In this document: in pieces, positions 7,758 through 17,628 of the stretch
Position numbering within the stretch: the first letter of the stretch is position 1
Layout: each line of letters starts with the position of its first letter
IMG/VR virus record: IMGVR_UViG_3300025018_000394
Span: 1 to 31,370 of that record
DNA: 31,370 bases
DNA from: a virus
Lineage: Duplodnaviria > Caudoviricetes
Direction: 5' to 3' (one strand)
Notes under the pieces: model-generated
What the model saw: the letters and a program-made list of their open reading frames with translations, nothing else
The model's database searches: none
Told to the model about the DNA's origin: nothing
Translations under genes and position numbers: made by a program

Positions 7758-8196
7758 TAATTTCAAACACGGTTTTTCTTCTGCGCCTATTTACGATTGT
7801 TGGGTAGCGATGAAGGCTAGATGTAATAATTCTCAACATCCACAGTTTAAGCATTACGGTGGCAGAGGAATAAAAGTTTGTAAGCGTTGGGAGCTATTTG
7901 TTAATTTTTTAGCTGATATGGGCACTAAGCCTTATCCCGAAGCTACTTTGGATAGAATAAATAATAACAGCGGTTACGAACCCGCTAATTGTCGTTGGGC
8001 TACAGTGCAAGAGCAACAGAAGAATAGGCGGAACAATAATGAGATTGTTGGTATCAAGTTTGAACCAGAAAGAGCCCGTTGGCGAGCCGATATTGCTTTC
8101 AAGGGTGAACGATACTTCTTAGGGCGATTTAGAAGTAAAGCAGAGGCAGTGAAAGTCCGTGAAGAAGCTGAGAGTAGGCTTTGGTATGCTGTTTAG
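7726..8196 (+). CDS. HNH homing endonuclease with AP2-like C-terminus
   Basis: WVAMKARC, YGGRGIKVC..W, TLDRINN..GYEPANCRWAT, then WRADI..YFLGRF..EA. Confidence 0.88.
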   Translation: MKTKEQKVRGSNFKHGFSSAPIYDCWVAMKARCNNSQHPQFKHYGGRGIKVCKRWELFVNFLADMGTKPYPEATLDRINNNSGYEPANCRWATVQEQQKNRRNNNEIVGIKFEPERARWRADIAFKGERYFLGRFRSKAEAVKVREEAESRLWYAV

Positions 8197-9361
8197 TCAG
8201 ACAACAGCCCTAAATAAGATTAGGGCATTAGATAAACGCTTGAAGGTAATTCAGGGTGGGAGTAGCGCTGGCAAAACTATCGCCATTCTGCTTATCCTAA
8301 TTGACAGGGCGCAACGAGCTGAAACTCCAGAACTTATATCGGTAGTATCTGAGACTATTCCACATCTTAAACGAGGAGCCATTAGAGACTTTTTAAGTAT
8401 TATGGAAGGCCACAAATACTATAAGGACTCTAATTGGAATAGGACTGACTACATTTACGTGTTTGAAACAGGTAGCAAAATAGAGTTTTTCAGTGCTGAT
8501 AACCAAGATAGAGTTCGAGGGCCTCGTCGAGATGTTTTGTTCATCAATGAGGCAAATAATCTAAACTTCGACAGCTACACTCAGTTGTCAATCCGAACTA
8601 ATAAAGATATTTATATTGACTACAACCCCGTAGCTCAGTTCTGGGTAAACGACGAGGTGATGCCAAACCAAGACCACGACTTTGTTATTCTGACCTATAA
8701 AGATAATGAAGCATTACCACTTGCTATTAAGGAAGAGTTGGAATCACGACAACACAACAAAGGTTTTTGGCAGGTATATGGCCTAGGGATTCTAGGAGAA
8801 GTCGAAGGAAAGATTTACAAGGATTGGAAGATAATAGATGAAGTCCCACACGAAGCTAGATTGGAACGCAGAGGATTGGATTTTGGATATTCAAATGACC
8901 CGACAGCACTTGTGGATATTTATTACTATAATGGTGGCTTCGTTTTAGATGAGAGGCTTTTCCGCAAAGGACTACATAACAAACAGATAGCTGACTTTAT
9001 TCTGGTAGATAACGGCAATATCCTAGTGATAGCGGACAGCGCAGAACCTAAGAGTATTGATGAGATAGCTGGTTACGGAGTTAATATAATCGGTGCTGTT
9101 AAAGGACAGGGAAGCAGGAAGCAAGGTATTGACTTTGTTCAGAATCAAAGAATCTCGGTAACTAAAAGAAGTATTAACATCATCAAGGAATATCGAAACT
9201 ATTTATGGAAACCAAACAAGAGTGGTATAATAGACGGGAACTCGGAACCGGAACATCTATTTTCACATTCAATGGACGCAATAAGGTATGGATTGGATTC
9301 ATACCGGCCGGCAGAAGAGACTAATCAAGATTTTAACTTATATGCCCAAACCTATAACTGA
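8186..9361 (+). CDS. terL: Terminase large subunit (PBSX/Terminase_3 type)
   Basis: Walker A QGGSSAGKT, Walker B LFINEAN, DYNP, and nuclease motifs GLDFGYSNDP, DSAEP, HSMDAIRY. Confidence 0.95.
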   Translation: MLFSQTTALNKIRALDKRLKVIQGGSSAGKTIAILLILIDRAQRAETPELISVVSETIPHLKRGAIRDFLSIMEGHKYYKDSNWNRTDYIYVFETGSKIEFFSADNQDRVRGPRRDVLFINEANNLNFDSYTQLSIRTNKDIYIDYNPVAQFWVNDEVMPNQDHDFVILTYKDNEALPLAIKEELESRQHNKGFWQVYGLGILGEVEGKIYKDWKIIDEVPHEARLERRGLDFGYSNDPTALVDIYYYNGGFVLDERLFRKGLHNKQIADFILVDNGNILVIADSAEPKSIDEIAGYGVNIIGAVKGQGSRKQGIDFVQNQRISVTKRSINIIKEYRNYLWKPNKSGIIDGNSEPEHLFSHSMDAIRYGLDSYRPAEETNQDFNLYAQTYN

Positions 9362-11195
9362 CCCAGAAATCGAGCGCCAAGTATTTGCCTTGGTAGAAGA
9401 CGAAAAAAGCCAATGGGAAGATTGCTTGGCTTTTGTAACAGATAAAGTCGCTTTCGATATACGCAATCTAATTAGAACTTTAAGAAAAAACTACTACGGT
9501 ATTTTCGATGAGGAACACGACCAAGCCACGGGTGCTAAAAAGACTTGGATTCCGCTCACTGAATCAACAGTAGAGTCAATCGTTAAGAATATCGACCTTG
9601 ACACTAAGGATATAAACTTCCGAGCCAAGAAGTTTAAGGCAATCGGGTTAACGGCTTTTCTACGCAATGCAGTCAAAGCCAAACTAGACCAAATGTATTT
9701 CGGGGAGTATTTAGATGATTTGGCACGGACAATGGCCATTGACGGAACGGCCGTGTGGAAAACTTATGTAACTAACGAAGACGGCAAGAAGACTGTAAGA
9801 ATACAACTGGTCGACTTGCTTAATTTTTATATTGACCCAACAGCCGAGAACATTCAAAAGGCCTCAGCGGTGATTGAGAGAGCTTTATTGGGTGTCGGTG
9901 AGATTAAGTCAATGACTGGCTGGAAAAATACAGAAGACTTAAAGCCTAGTGTTAATCTAAGTCGAAATGACCCTAGAATAGGAATGGTAGAGAAAACAGA
10001 AAAGCTGGTAGATGTCTACGAGCGTTGGGGTCTAATGTCTGAATCTTTAATCACGGGTAAAGAAAAAGACAAAGATAATTTAATCGAGGGTCATATTGTT
10101 GTATCAGGGATTGACGGTAAAGACAGGAGAGTACATTTAGTCGAGCGGAATACGAATAAAGACTCAACAGGCAGAATAATAAAACCCTATGAGGAGATAA
10201 GATATAAGAAAGTCCCCGGTCGTTGGCACGGTAGAGGACCAGCCGAGGCTTTGTTGATGTTACAACTATGGTTAAATACGGTTGTCAATATCCGTATCAC
10301 CAGAGCCAAAGTTTCGCAGTTAGGATTGTTTAAGATTAGAAAAGGCGCAAACATCACTCCTCAAATGCTTTCCAAGTTACCTGTAAACGGCGCAATAGTT
10401 GTGAACCAAATGGAAGATATACAACAGTTTGTCGTTCAAGAAGCCTCACAGGCTAGTTATGCCGACGAGAATACAATTCAGAATTGGTCAGAAAGAGTTA
10501 CCAGTGCTTTCGAGAGTGTTACAGGTGAATCTTTGCCTGCGTCAACTCCTGCCACCAATGCAGTATTACAATCTCGAATAGCTCAATCTCAATTCGTGAT
10601 GATAAAAGAACAGATAGGAATGTTTTTACAGCGTTGGCTCAAAAGACACTATCTGCCTAAGTTAGGTGTCGTTCTTTCCAAAGACGAGATTTTAGCAATC
10701 GAAGGTTCAACAGAAGAAATTGAAGAAATGGACGACAAGATTGTAAATAAATTGTTATTTGATGATTTAACGGATATGCAATCTCGTAATGTGTTTGCTA
10801 ATCCGGCGCAGGTAGTCAGCAAAAAGAAACAGCTAAAGGATAAGATAAAATCAAGAGGCGAGAGATTTGTTAAACTCATCGCCAAGCCTGAGACTTCTGA
10901 CTATGAAGTCCAAGTCTATGTAACCAATGAGGAAATAGATAAAGGTGTATTGGTACAAAACCTTATTTCTGTTTTGCAGACGATTCCAAACATACCCGGA
11001 ATCAACATCAATCCTAGCGCCGTGATTAAATCAGTCTTTGATATAATGGGATTGGATACAAAACAATTTGAGACTAAAGAGTCTATCCCAGTCGGGGGAG
11101 TACCTAGCCAGCCTCAACCTGTTGCGCAAGAGAATCAGGCGACACCAACAGAACAAAGAATAACTACCGCCGCTAATACGGCAGGAATTGCTTAA
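9342..11195 (+). CDS. Portal protein (P22-like size)
   Basis: 617 aa directly after terL; NFYIDP, WHGRG..E, TPAT motifs and a Q/P-rich tail. Start at ATG 9342. Confidence 0.85.
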   Translation: MPKPITDPEIERQVFALVEDEKSQWEDCLAFVTDKVAFDIRNLIRTLRKNYYGIFDEEHDQATGAKKTWIPLTESTVESIVKNIDLDTKDINFRAKKFKAIGLTAFLRNAVKAKLDQMYFGEYLDDLARTMAIDGTAVWKTYVTNEDGKKTVRIQLVDLLNFYIDPTAENIQKASAVIERALLGVGEIKSMTGWKNTEDLKPSVNLSRNDPRIGMVEKTEKLVDVYERWGLMSESLITGKEKDKDNLIEGHIVVSGIDGKDRRVHLVERNTNKDSTGRIIKPYEEIRYKKVPGRWHGRGPAEALLMLQLWLNTVVNIRITRAKVSQLGLFKIRKGANITPQMLSKLPVNGAIVVNQMEDIQQFVVQEASQASYADENTIQNWSERVTSAFESVTGESLPASTPATNAVLQSRIAQSQFVMIKEQIGMFLQRWLKRHYLPKLGVVLSKDEILAIEGSTEEIEEMDDKIVNKLLFDDLTDMQSRNVFANPAQVVSKKKQLKDKIKSRGERFVKLIAKPETSDYEVQVYVTNEEIDKGVLVQNLISVLQTIPNIPGININPSAVIKSVFDIMGLDTKQFETKESIPVGGVPSQPQPVAQENQATPTEQRITTAANTAGIA

Positions 11196-11248
11196 TATGT
11201 TACTAGACAGATTAAAGAAGATTAAACCAAATCTCATTAAGAGAATCT

Positions 11249-11560
11249 ATGAAAGTGGACAAACAGACAGCCGAACAACTAAGCGAGGGCGAAAAATGGG
11301 AAAGGTTAGTCCGAGGAGATGATTGGGCGATGATTCGTGAGAAGTTGCTTTTGGTAGCCTATGAGGCCATAGATTTATCTCTTGTTCCCTTAAAGTTTAA
11401 TGAAGAAATCTTTGTTGACCTAAAGGTTAGACAAGAAGTACACGCAAGAATAATGCGAGTGGTACAAGACATTGAGGGCAATGCTTTTCAAAGTCAGAGC
11501 AACAAGACTGCATTTATGAAAGACGGAATAGACTCATACATTACTAGAGTTGATGCTTGA
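11249..11560 (+). CDS. Small helical protein between portal and scaffold
   Basis: 103-aa ORF in a position commonly occupied in podoviruses. Confidence 0.75.
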   Translation: MKVDKQTAEQLSEGEKWERLVRGDDWAMIREKLLLVAYEAIDLSLVPLKFNEEIFVDLKVRQEVHARIMRVVQDIEGNAFQSQSNKTAFMKDGIDSYITRVDA

Positions 11561-11577
11561 CGAGGGGCAACCCTCGT
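11560..11577 (+). other. GCAA-tetraloop hairpin upstream of scaffold/capsid genes
   Basis: ACGAGGG-GCAA-CCCTCGT. Confidence 0.55.
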
Positions 11578-11617
11578 GAGGTATTAACCTCATTTAACTC
11601 TTAACAGGCGAGTTTCT

Positions 11618-12253
11618 ATGTCAGAAGACATTATCCCCGAATCCCTACCTGCTGGTATCCCACCAGAAGGCGGTGAGGCGACTGCTTCCGCAGAATCTAA
11701 GCCATTGCACGAGACTTTATCCGAGTTACTTGGAAAAGAGTTTCCGACCGATGAATCAGCGAAGAAAGCTGTTAAAGACACTTTCAACTATGTTGGAGGG
11801 GTCGGTCAGTACAAAGAAACAATGTCTAAACTTAAACAGACATTGGGGCTGACAGATGAACAAGCCATACTAAAGCGTATGGAAGAAATCGTACAGCAAC
11901 CTCAAGGAGACACCGTTTCCAGAGAGGTGCAAGAATTAAAGGCTCGGTTAGATGAAACAGAGTTTTACTCTGAGAATCCTGACTTTAAGCCTTATTCATC
12001 TTTGCTTAATGAACTCCGTGGCTCGACGGGAAAACCACTGAAAGAAGTGGCAGAGTCCGAAGCATTTAAGTCGGTCGCAGAAAAGGCAAAGGCTTTTGAT
12101 GAGACTGAAAAACAGAAGTCTGTATTAGGGTCAAGTCCACGACTTGCCAAAGTACAAGACAATTTTAAGACAGCCAGAGAGCAACTCGACGCTGGCGATG
12201 ACGCTGGTGCTCGTAAAAGTGCCGTATCAGCTGTTTTGCAAAGTCTGGAATAA
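11618..12253 (+). CDS. Capsid scaffolding protein
   Basis: Acidic disordered N-terminus, helical charged body, immediately upstream of MCP. Confidence 0.75.
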   Translation: MSEDIIPESLPAGIPPEGGEATASAESKPLHETLSELLGKEFPTDESAKKAVKDTFNYVGGVGQYKETMSKLKQTLGLTDEQAILKRMEEIVQQPQGDTVSREVQELKARLDETEFYSENPDFKPYSSLLNELRGSTGKPLKEVAESEAFKSVAEKAKAFDETEKQKSVLGSSPRLAKVQDNFKTAREQLDAGDDAGARKSAVSAVLQSLE

Positions 12254-12285
12254 ACTTTGCGGTCGTGGTTTAACCAACTACGATT

Positions 12286-13212
12286 ATGGCCACAGATTCA
12301 ATTCTTCGTTCTTATGGAGACGTATCTAGAAAAGAAGATGTCGTGTTGAACGCTATCGAAATCTTAACAGCAAAGGAGACTCAAATCTTCAATATGTTGG
12401 GAAAGACATCGGCGATTGACACAGTACATCACTATTTGACTGATACTCTCCGAACAGCGTCTAACGCTGCGGTAGCCGAAGGAGCAGACTATACAATGTC
12501 AGCTAATTCAACCCCTACCCGTCTATCTAACATTGTCCAAAAGACAGCCATTCCTTTCGCAGTGTCTCGTACTCAACAGTACATTGAACACTATCACGGA
12601 AGAAATGAGTTAGAGCGACAAACAGAAAAGGCTTTAATGGACTTTGCTAACGCCGTAGAATACGGATTGGTACGCTCAACTCTCACATTGGGAGCTTCAG
12701 GTACTGTTCCTAAACTTAGCGGACTTATCGAAGCGACATCAAAGTCAACTAACCATACATCTCATAGCTCTGGTACCGTTTGGTCAGCTTCAATCCTAGA
12801 CGGATTGATGAAGGCTCAATACGATGCTTCTAACGGTGATATGGCGACTGACCTATTTATGGGTTCATTCCTACGAAAGGCAACAGACGCTTTCACACAG
12901 AAAACCAATACTGTTATCAACGGTCTTGGTGCAACTAGAATCATCAATACAGTACAGAGTTACGAAACTTCGTTCGGTACTCTAATGGTTCATACTCATC
13001 GTTATATTCAAGTAACAGGCACTGATACAACGGGTCGAGTATTGGCTATTAGACCAGAGAAGCTGAAGGTTGCGTTCCTACAATCTCCATACATTGATAC
13101 TGACCTTGCTCGTTCCGGTCCTTACGACAAACGGGCGGTAGTAGCAGACTGGACGCTTGAGGTTCATAACCAAGATAGCAACTGGTACGCCGACGGATTC
13201 GATATTGATTAG
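12286..13212 (+). CDS. Major capsid protein (DUF5309/SU10-like, HK97 fold)
   Basis: KEDV..I..ET, H.YLTDTL, EGAD, RLSNIVQ, YETSFG.L.V..HRY, LARSG, WTLEV.N. Confidence 0.9.
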   Translation: MATDSILRSYGDVSRKEDVVLNAIEILTAKETQIFNMLGKTSAIDTVHHYLTDTLRTASNAAVAEGADYTMSANSTPTRLSNIVQKTAIPFAVSRTQQYIEHYHGRNELERQTEKALMDFANAVEYGLVRSTLTLGASGTVPKLSGLIEATSKSTNHTSHSSGTVWSASILDGLMKAQYDASNGDMATDLFMGSFLRKATDAFTQKTNTVINGLGATRIINTVQSYETSFGTLMVHTHRYIQVTGTDTTGRVLAIRPEKLKVAFLQSPYIDTDLARSGPYDKRAVVADWTLEVHNQDSNWYADGFDID

Positions 13213-13219
13213 TCCTTTT

Positions 13220-13243
13220 TCTCTGCCTCTTTTGAGGCAGGGG
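13220..13243 (+). terminator. Stem-loop after MCP (terminator or mRNA stabiliser)
   Basis: CTCTGCCTC-TTTT-GAGGCAGGG; no downstream U tract. Confidence 0.45.
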
Positions 13244-13247
13244 AGAT

Positions 13248-13547
13248 ATGAATAATCAAGCCAAACAAAAAATAAGGACAATAGTGGCCAATTATATTGT
13301 CCTTGACCCACAGGAGTTTGCATCGTTCTGTAAAGAACAAAAAGAATGGCGCAAAAAAGAGGCTAATGCTTTTGCCAGTTCTACATCTGATGTGGTAGAG
13401 CGAAAGATTTTTGAGATACCTGATACTCTTTACTCGATGTTAAAGATTCGTTTATCTGATGAGGATATGGATTGGTTCAGAACAAAAGAGGGAGCGAGGT
13501 GGTTCGCTAAATCATTTAAGGACTTTAGGTCTAGTGAAAAAATATGA
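13248..13547 (+). CDS. Hypothetical protein
   Basis: 99-aa ORF, ATGA-type overlap with the next gene. Confidence 0.75.
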   Translation: MNNQAKQKIRTIVANYIVLDPQEFASFCKEQKEWRKKEANAFASSTSDVVERKIFEIPDTLYSMLKIRLSDEDMDWFRTKEGARWFAKSFKDFRSSEKI

Positions 13548-15856
13548 AGCTAGCATTAAATATGATTGTCGCTCCGACAGATGAGGAGGCGGTGGTCTTG
13601 AAAAGATGTTTAACGAGTATTGCTCCTTTTGTAGACGGGATTTTTATTACCATTACAGGTAAGAATAAAAAGTGTGAGGATGTTGTGAATGCTTTTGGTG
13701 GAGTTATTTCAACTTGTGTGTGGGAAAATGATTTTGGTAAAGCCAGAAACTTTGCCCTTTCACAGATACCAAAAGAATATGACTATTTCCTTTGGGTAGA
13801 CGCTGATGATGTAATCAGAGGAGGCGATAAATTAAGAGCGACCATAGAAGAACACAAAAGCGTTGATGTGTTCGTTTTTAATTATCTGTATGCTTTTGAT
13901 AAATGGAATAATCCGGTTGTGGTTCATCTTAAATCCAGAGTTTTACGAAATGATAACTGCGTAGAATGGGCCGGTAAACTGCACGAAGACTTCAAGGCCA
14001 ATAGAGCGTTAGAATCAAAGTTTGTGGAGGGCATAGATATTTTACATTTATCCGATGAAGCAAGATTTGATAAAGCAAAAGAAAGAAATAAGCTAGTCGC
14101 TCAAAAGGCATTAGACGGTGCGAAAGATGACCCAAGAACCTACTGGAATCTCGGCAACTCTTGTAAAGCATTGGGTGAGAATAGAGAATCAATAAAGGCA
14201 TTTGAGACCTTTATGGAGCTTTCTAAATCTGATGATGAAAAGTATATTGTCTGTTTAAGATTGGCTGAATTGTTTTTAGATGAAGAAGATTATGAGACTG
14301 CTTTGGAATATGGACGCTATGCTATCGGATTGAAACCTTTATATCCCGACGCTTACATCACAACAGCAGATGTTTATAAGAAAATGGAACAGTATGAAGA
14401 AGCCAAAGGGTATTATCTTTTGGGATTAGACCCAAATAAACAACCACCATATCACGAGATTATTGTTTTCAACCCTCGTGCTTATGATTATGAGCCACTG
14501 ATGAAATTAGCTGATGTTTATTTTAAACTTTCAATGCCACAACTGGCCTTGCAGTGTCTTAAGTCTTGTTCGCAAATTGTCCCGTTAGATAAAGACCTTA
14601 AAAAACTCATCGAGAAGATTGATGTCCAAGCTAAGATAGCTGATAAAGCGGTCGAAGCGGTTGGGAGGTTAAAAGAAATGAATGACGAAGAATTAAAGAT
14701 TGAATTGGACAAACTCCCAGACGATATTAAGAGCCACCCACATATTTGTCATTTAAGAAATACCAGAATTATTAAAGAAACATCGTCAGGCAAGGATTTG
14801 GTGTTTATGTGTTCCTACACAGCCGATGAATGGAATCCTGAAATCGCCAAAGCGACAGGTATTGGTGGTTCAGAAGAGGCTGTTATTAACCTTTCAAAAG
14901 AATTGGTTGAGTTGGGTTGGAATGTAACAGTTTTCAACAACTGCGGTCATAAAGAATTAGAGTTTGACGGAGTTAAATATAAACCTTTTTGGGCGTGGAA
15001 CGCACGAGATAAGCAAGATGTAACTATATTGTGGCGAACGCCAAAGTTTTTAGATTATGACATCAATTCAGATAAGGTCTTTGTTGATATGCACGATGTT
15101 ATTGGCGCAGGGGAGTACAATGAAAGAAGACTAGCAAAACTAACAGGTATATTTTTCAAATCAAAGGCTCATCGCAATCTATTTCCGAATATCCCAGATG
15201 AGAAATGTATAATAATCCCAAACGGTATCCATTGGGCGGATTTTCAGGGCGGAGTTAAAGACCCTTATTTGATGATTAACACATCTTCACCTGATAGGAG
15301 TATCAAAACGCTCATCAAAGCATTTAAGCGTGTTAAGGAACAAGTACCACAAGCCAAGATGAAGTGGGCTTATGGCTGGAATGTTTGGGACAATGTTCAC
15401 TCTAACGACCAAGAAAAAATAGACTGGAAGAAAGAGGTAGAAAAAGAAATAGAGGGGACAACTGACTTTGAGGCATTGGGGCGTATTGGTCATACTGCGG
15501 TTGCCCAACTATACAAAGAAGCCACAGTGTTCGCATATCCGACGGCTTTCTTTGAGATAGACTGTATCTCTGCGAGAAAAGCACAGTCGGCTGGTGCGTT
15601 CCCAGTGTCAACAGATTTTGGAGCTTTAGATGAAACAATCCAATTCGGTCATAAAGTTAAAACTAATCTAAAAGAAGAAAATTGGGACAAGGCCGGAGCG
15701 TTTGATTTCTCCCTGAAAGAAGAACGGGCGATAAATGAATGGGTTGAAAAATGTGTCGAGTGTCTTACTACTCCACCTGATTCGACAGAAATGGTAGAAT
15801 GGACAAAACAATTTGATTGGACAGAAATAGCTAAAAAATGGAATGAAAACTTATGA
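13544..15856 (+). CDS. Double glycosyltransferase: GT2 + TPR repeats + GT-B (GT4-like)
   Basis: N-term LALNMIV, WENDFGKARN, WVDADD, WAGKLHE (GT2 of the TPR-linked protein-O-GT type). Middle has TPR-like helices (YWNLGN..GEN.E.I..F; P.YPDAY). C-term has GIGGSEEAV, IPNGI, SSPDRS, YPT.F.EIDCISARKAQ.AG, GALDET. Confidence 0.9.
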   Translation: MKLALNMIVAPTDEEAVVLKRCLTSIAPFVDGIFITITGKNKKCEDVVNAFGGVISTCVWENDFGKARNFALSQIPKEYDYFLWVDADDVIRGGDKLRATIEEHKSVDVFVFNYLYAFDKWNNPVVVHLKSRVLRNDNCVEWAGKLHEDFKANRALESKFVEGIDILHLSDEARFDKAKERNKLVAQKALDGAKDDPRTYWNLGNSCKALGENRESIKAFETFMELSKSDDEKYIVCLRLAELFLDEEDYETALEYGRYAIGLKPLYPDAYITTADVYKKMEQYEEAKGYYLLGLDPNKQPPYHEIIVFNPRAYDYEPLMKLADVYFKLSMPQLALQCLKSCSQIVPLDKDLKKLIEKIDVQAKIADKAVEAVGRLKEMNDEELKIELDKLPDDIKSHPHICHLRNTRIIKETSSGKDLVFMCSYTADEWNPEIAKATGIGGSEEAVINLSKELVELGWNVTVFNNCGHKELEFDGVKYKPFWAWNARDKQDVTILWRTPKFLDYDINSDKVFVDMHDVIGAGEYNERRLAKLTGIFFKSKAHRNLFPNIPDEKCIIIPNGIHWADFQGGVKDPYLMINTSSPDRSIKTLIKAFKRVKEQVPQAKMKWAYGWNVWDNVHSNDQEKIDWKKEVEKEIEGTTDFEALGRIGHTAVAQLYKEATVFAYPTAFFEIDCISARKAQSAGAFPVSTDFGALDETIQFGHKVKTNLKEENWDKAGAFDFSLKEERAINEWVEKCVECLTTPPDSTEMVEWTKQFDWTEIAKKWNENL

Positions 15857-16170
15857 TAGATGTTCCTGAAGTCGCATTTACAAATCTAGGCTTTAATAAT
15901 GTACTGGACGGTGCGGAGATTTTTGAGGCTCTGCAAATTGACCCAAAGAAAATGGTGTTTCCTCATCAAATGGCGGATATGAAAGAGATAGCACAATTCG
16001 TAAATGATTATCCCGAAGCTATTTCTATGCTACGGGGAGCAATGATGAAGAAACCTTTTGAGGTTGAGGCTTTAGTACACGCCAAGAGATACCTTTCCCT
16101 GCATAAACAAAGAATAGAGTTAAAAGACCAGTTAAAATCCCTAGAAGACCAAATAACATTATATGAATGA
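15853..16170 (+). CDS. Hypothetical protein with coiled-coil C-terminus
   Basis: 105-aa ORF overlapping both neighbours. Confidence 0.7.
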   Translation: MIDVPEVAFTNLGFNNVLDGAEIFEALQIDPKKMVFPHQMADMKEIAQFVNDYPEAISMLRGAMMKKPFEVEALVHAKRYLSLHKQRIELKDQLKSLEDQITLYE

Positions 16171-16597
16171 ATATCTAGTACCCGGCAGACCACCAAGAGT
16201 TGGTTACGATGTAGACATTAAGAATACCCCTGTTGTAACAGTAGGCAGTGAGGTTGAGGTTACCTTAAACGGCGAGGAGGTAGATGTAAATGTTACAAAC
16301 ACGGAAATAAATGTAGATGTTGTAAACGCTACGGGAGTAGTGAATGGTGTTAAAACAGTTACAACGGCAGGAACGGCGGTGGCATTAGGAACGACGCAAG
16401 TGGTTAAAGGTGTTCTGATTAAAGCCTTGAGAACCAATACAGGTTTAATCTATGTTGGGAGCTCAAGTGTGTCTTCGGCTAATGGTTTTCAGCTCTATCG
16501 TGAATCGGCAGTTTATATTGATACAGACGATATTGTGAACATCTACATAAACTCCTCTGTTAACGGTGAGGGGGTTAGCTATATTGCTATAACTTGA
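16163..16597 (+). CDS. Putative virion structural/decoration protein
   Basis: V/T/N-rich beta-strand pattern; LIKAL.TNTG.IYVG..NGF.L motif seen in small virion proteins. Confidence 0.65.
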   Translation: MNEYLVPGRPPRVGYDVDIKNTPVVTVGSEVEVTLNGEEVDVNVTNTEINVDVVNATGVVNGVKTVTTAGTAVALGTTQVVKGVLIKALRTNTGLIYVGSSSVSSANGFQLYRESAVYIDTDDIVNIYINSSVNGEGVSYIAIT

Positions 16598-16599
16598 TG

Positions 16600-16658
16600 T
16601 ATAATACAATTAAGCCAGAGCGGCTTTCAGCCTTACTCTTAACCGAGTAGGGCTTTAT
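16600..16658 (+). promoter_or_regulatory. TATAAT box followed by two hairpins ahead of the tail genes
   Basis: TATAAT 16600-16605, then AAGCC-AGAGC-GGCTT and AGCCTTACTC-TTAACC-GAGTAGGGCT followed by TTATT. No clear -35 box. Confidence 0.4.
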
Positions 16659-16667
16659 TACAAAACT

Positions 16668-17402
16668 ATGAAATTTAACGACGTAACAGACAATGCAGGG
16701 CTTATCCAATCGTGTGAGTTTTGGACAGGATTAGGGCTTGCTCAAATCAGCGGGGATACCGCCAAACTTAAAGAGTTTACTCGATTGATAAACAATAATT
16801 ATCATAAGGTAGTTACGGCTATTTTAGAATCAATGGACGGTTGGGATTTCGACGACCCAAATCACGCCAATACTTCTTTCATTAAGTCTTACAATTTGGT
16901 GTCGGGTCAACAGTATGTTTCTTTCCCTCTGTCTGATAAGATTTTGAAAATAAAAAGAGTCGAGATTAGCTACGACAACACTAATTGGTACAAGGCAGAA
17001 CCAATGGATATAAATGAGTTCACGCAGGCCGTTTCACAGACCACTAATATCTCCAATTCCTTTACAAAATCAGACCCTTATTATGATTTGGTAGGCAATT
17101 ATCTTTATCTTTATCCAATTCCTGATTTGGCAGTAACGAGTGGTCTAAAATTATGGGTTTCGCGCGAAGTAGATGAGTTTACTTCGGCAGACACGACCCA
17201 AGAACCGGGTATTGATGAGCCGTTCCACGAAATGATAGCAGTCGGAGCGAGTCTTGATTATGCCCTAGCCAAAGGTCTTTCAACAGTCAATAATCTGGCC
17301 ACTAAATATGCAGATTATGAGCCTAGACTAAGACGCTACTATTCAAAAAAAGAAGACGATAGACAACTTATTCTTAAATCATCAGCAGAAAATTATGAAT
17401 AA
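16668..17402 (+). CDS. Head-tail adaptor (tail tubular protein A-like)
   Basis: Helical termini with a central beta region; LYLYPIPD and IDEPFHEMI; first gene of the tail module. Confidence 0.7.
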   Translation: MKFNDVTDNAGLIQSCEFWTGLGLAQISGDTAKLKEFTRLINNNYHKVVTAILESMDGWDFDDPNHANTSFIKSYNLVSGQQYVSFPLSDKILKIKRVEISYDNTNWYKAEPMDINEFTQAVSQTTNISNSFTKSDPYYDLVGNYLYLYPIPDLAVTSGLKLWVSREVDEFTSADTTQEPGIDEPFHEMIAVGASLDYALAKGLSTVNNLATKYADYEPRLRRYYSKKEDDRQLILKSSAENYE

Positions 17403-17628
17403 TCTTACGAAAAGACAACAAGAGTTTATGACCGACTACGACGCTATTGTGAAAAAGCACGAGATGTCGTTTTTGCCCTCGGCTCAACAGATAGAAGGTG
17501 GGCGCATTTTAATTGTTATGGCTTTTGTCGATGTGCCAAATGTTCCCGAAGAAAAGAAAGAGAAACTAGCCAAAAAAATAAAAGATAATCTAAAGAAAAA
17601 TGAAAGTCCAGACAATACAAATAAGTAG
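17395..17628 (+). CDS. Hypothetical protein
   Basis: 77-aa ORF overlapping both neighbours. Confidence 0.65.
   Translation: MNNLTKRQQEFMTDYDAIVKKHEMSFLPSAQQIEGGRILIVMAFVDVPNVPEEKKEKLAKKIKDNLKKNESPDNTNK

Noticed and set aside
7726-8196. Group I intron splitting the terminase
   Set aside because: terS and terL each look complete, and there is no non-coding room for an intron core.
11197-11322. 41-codon basic ORF right after the portal stop
   Set aside because: It has a T-ATG start but overlaps the 11249 gene by 74 nt and has no motif; unsupported.
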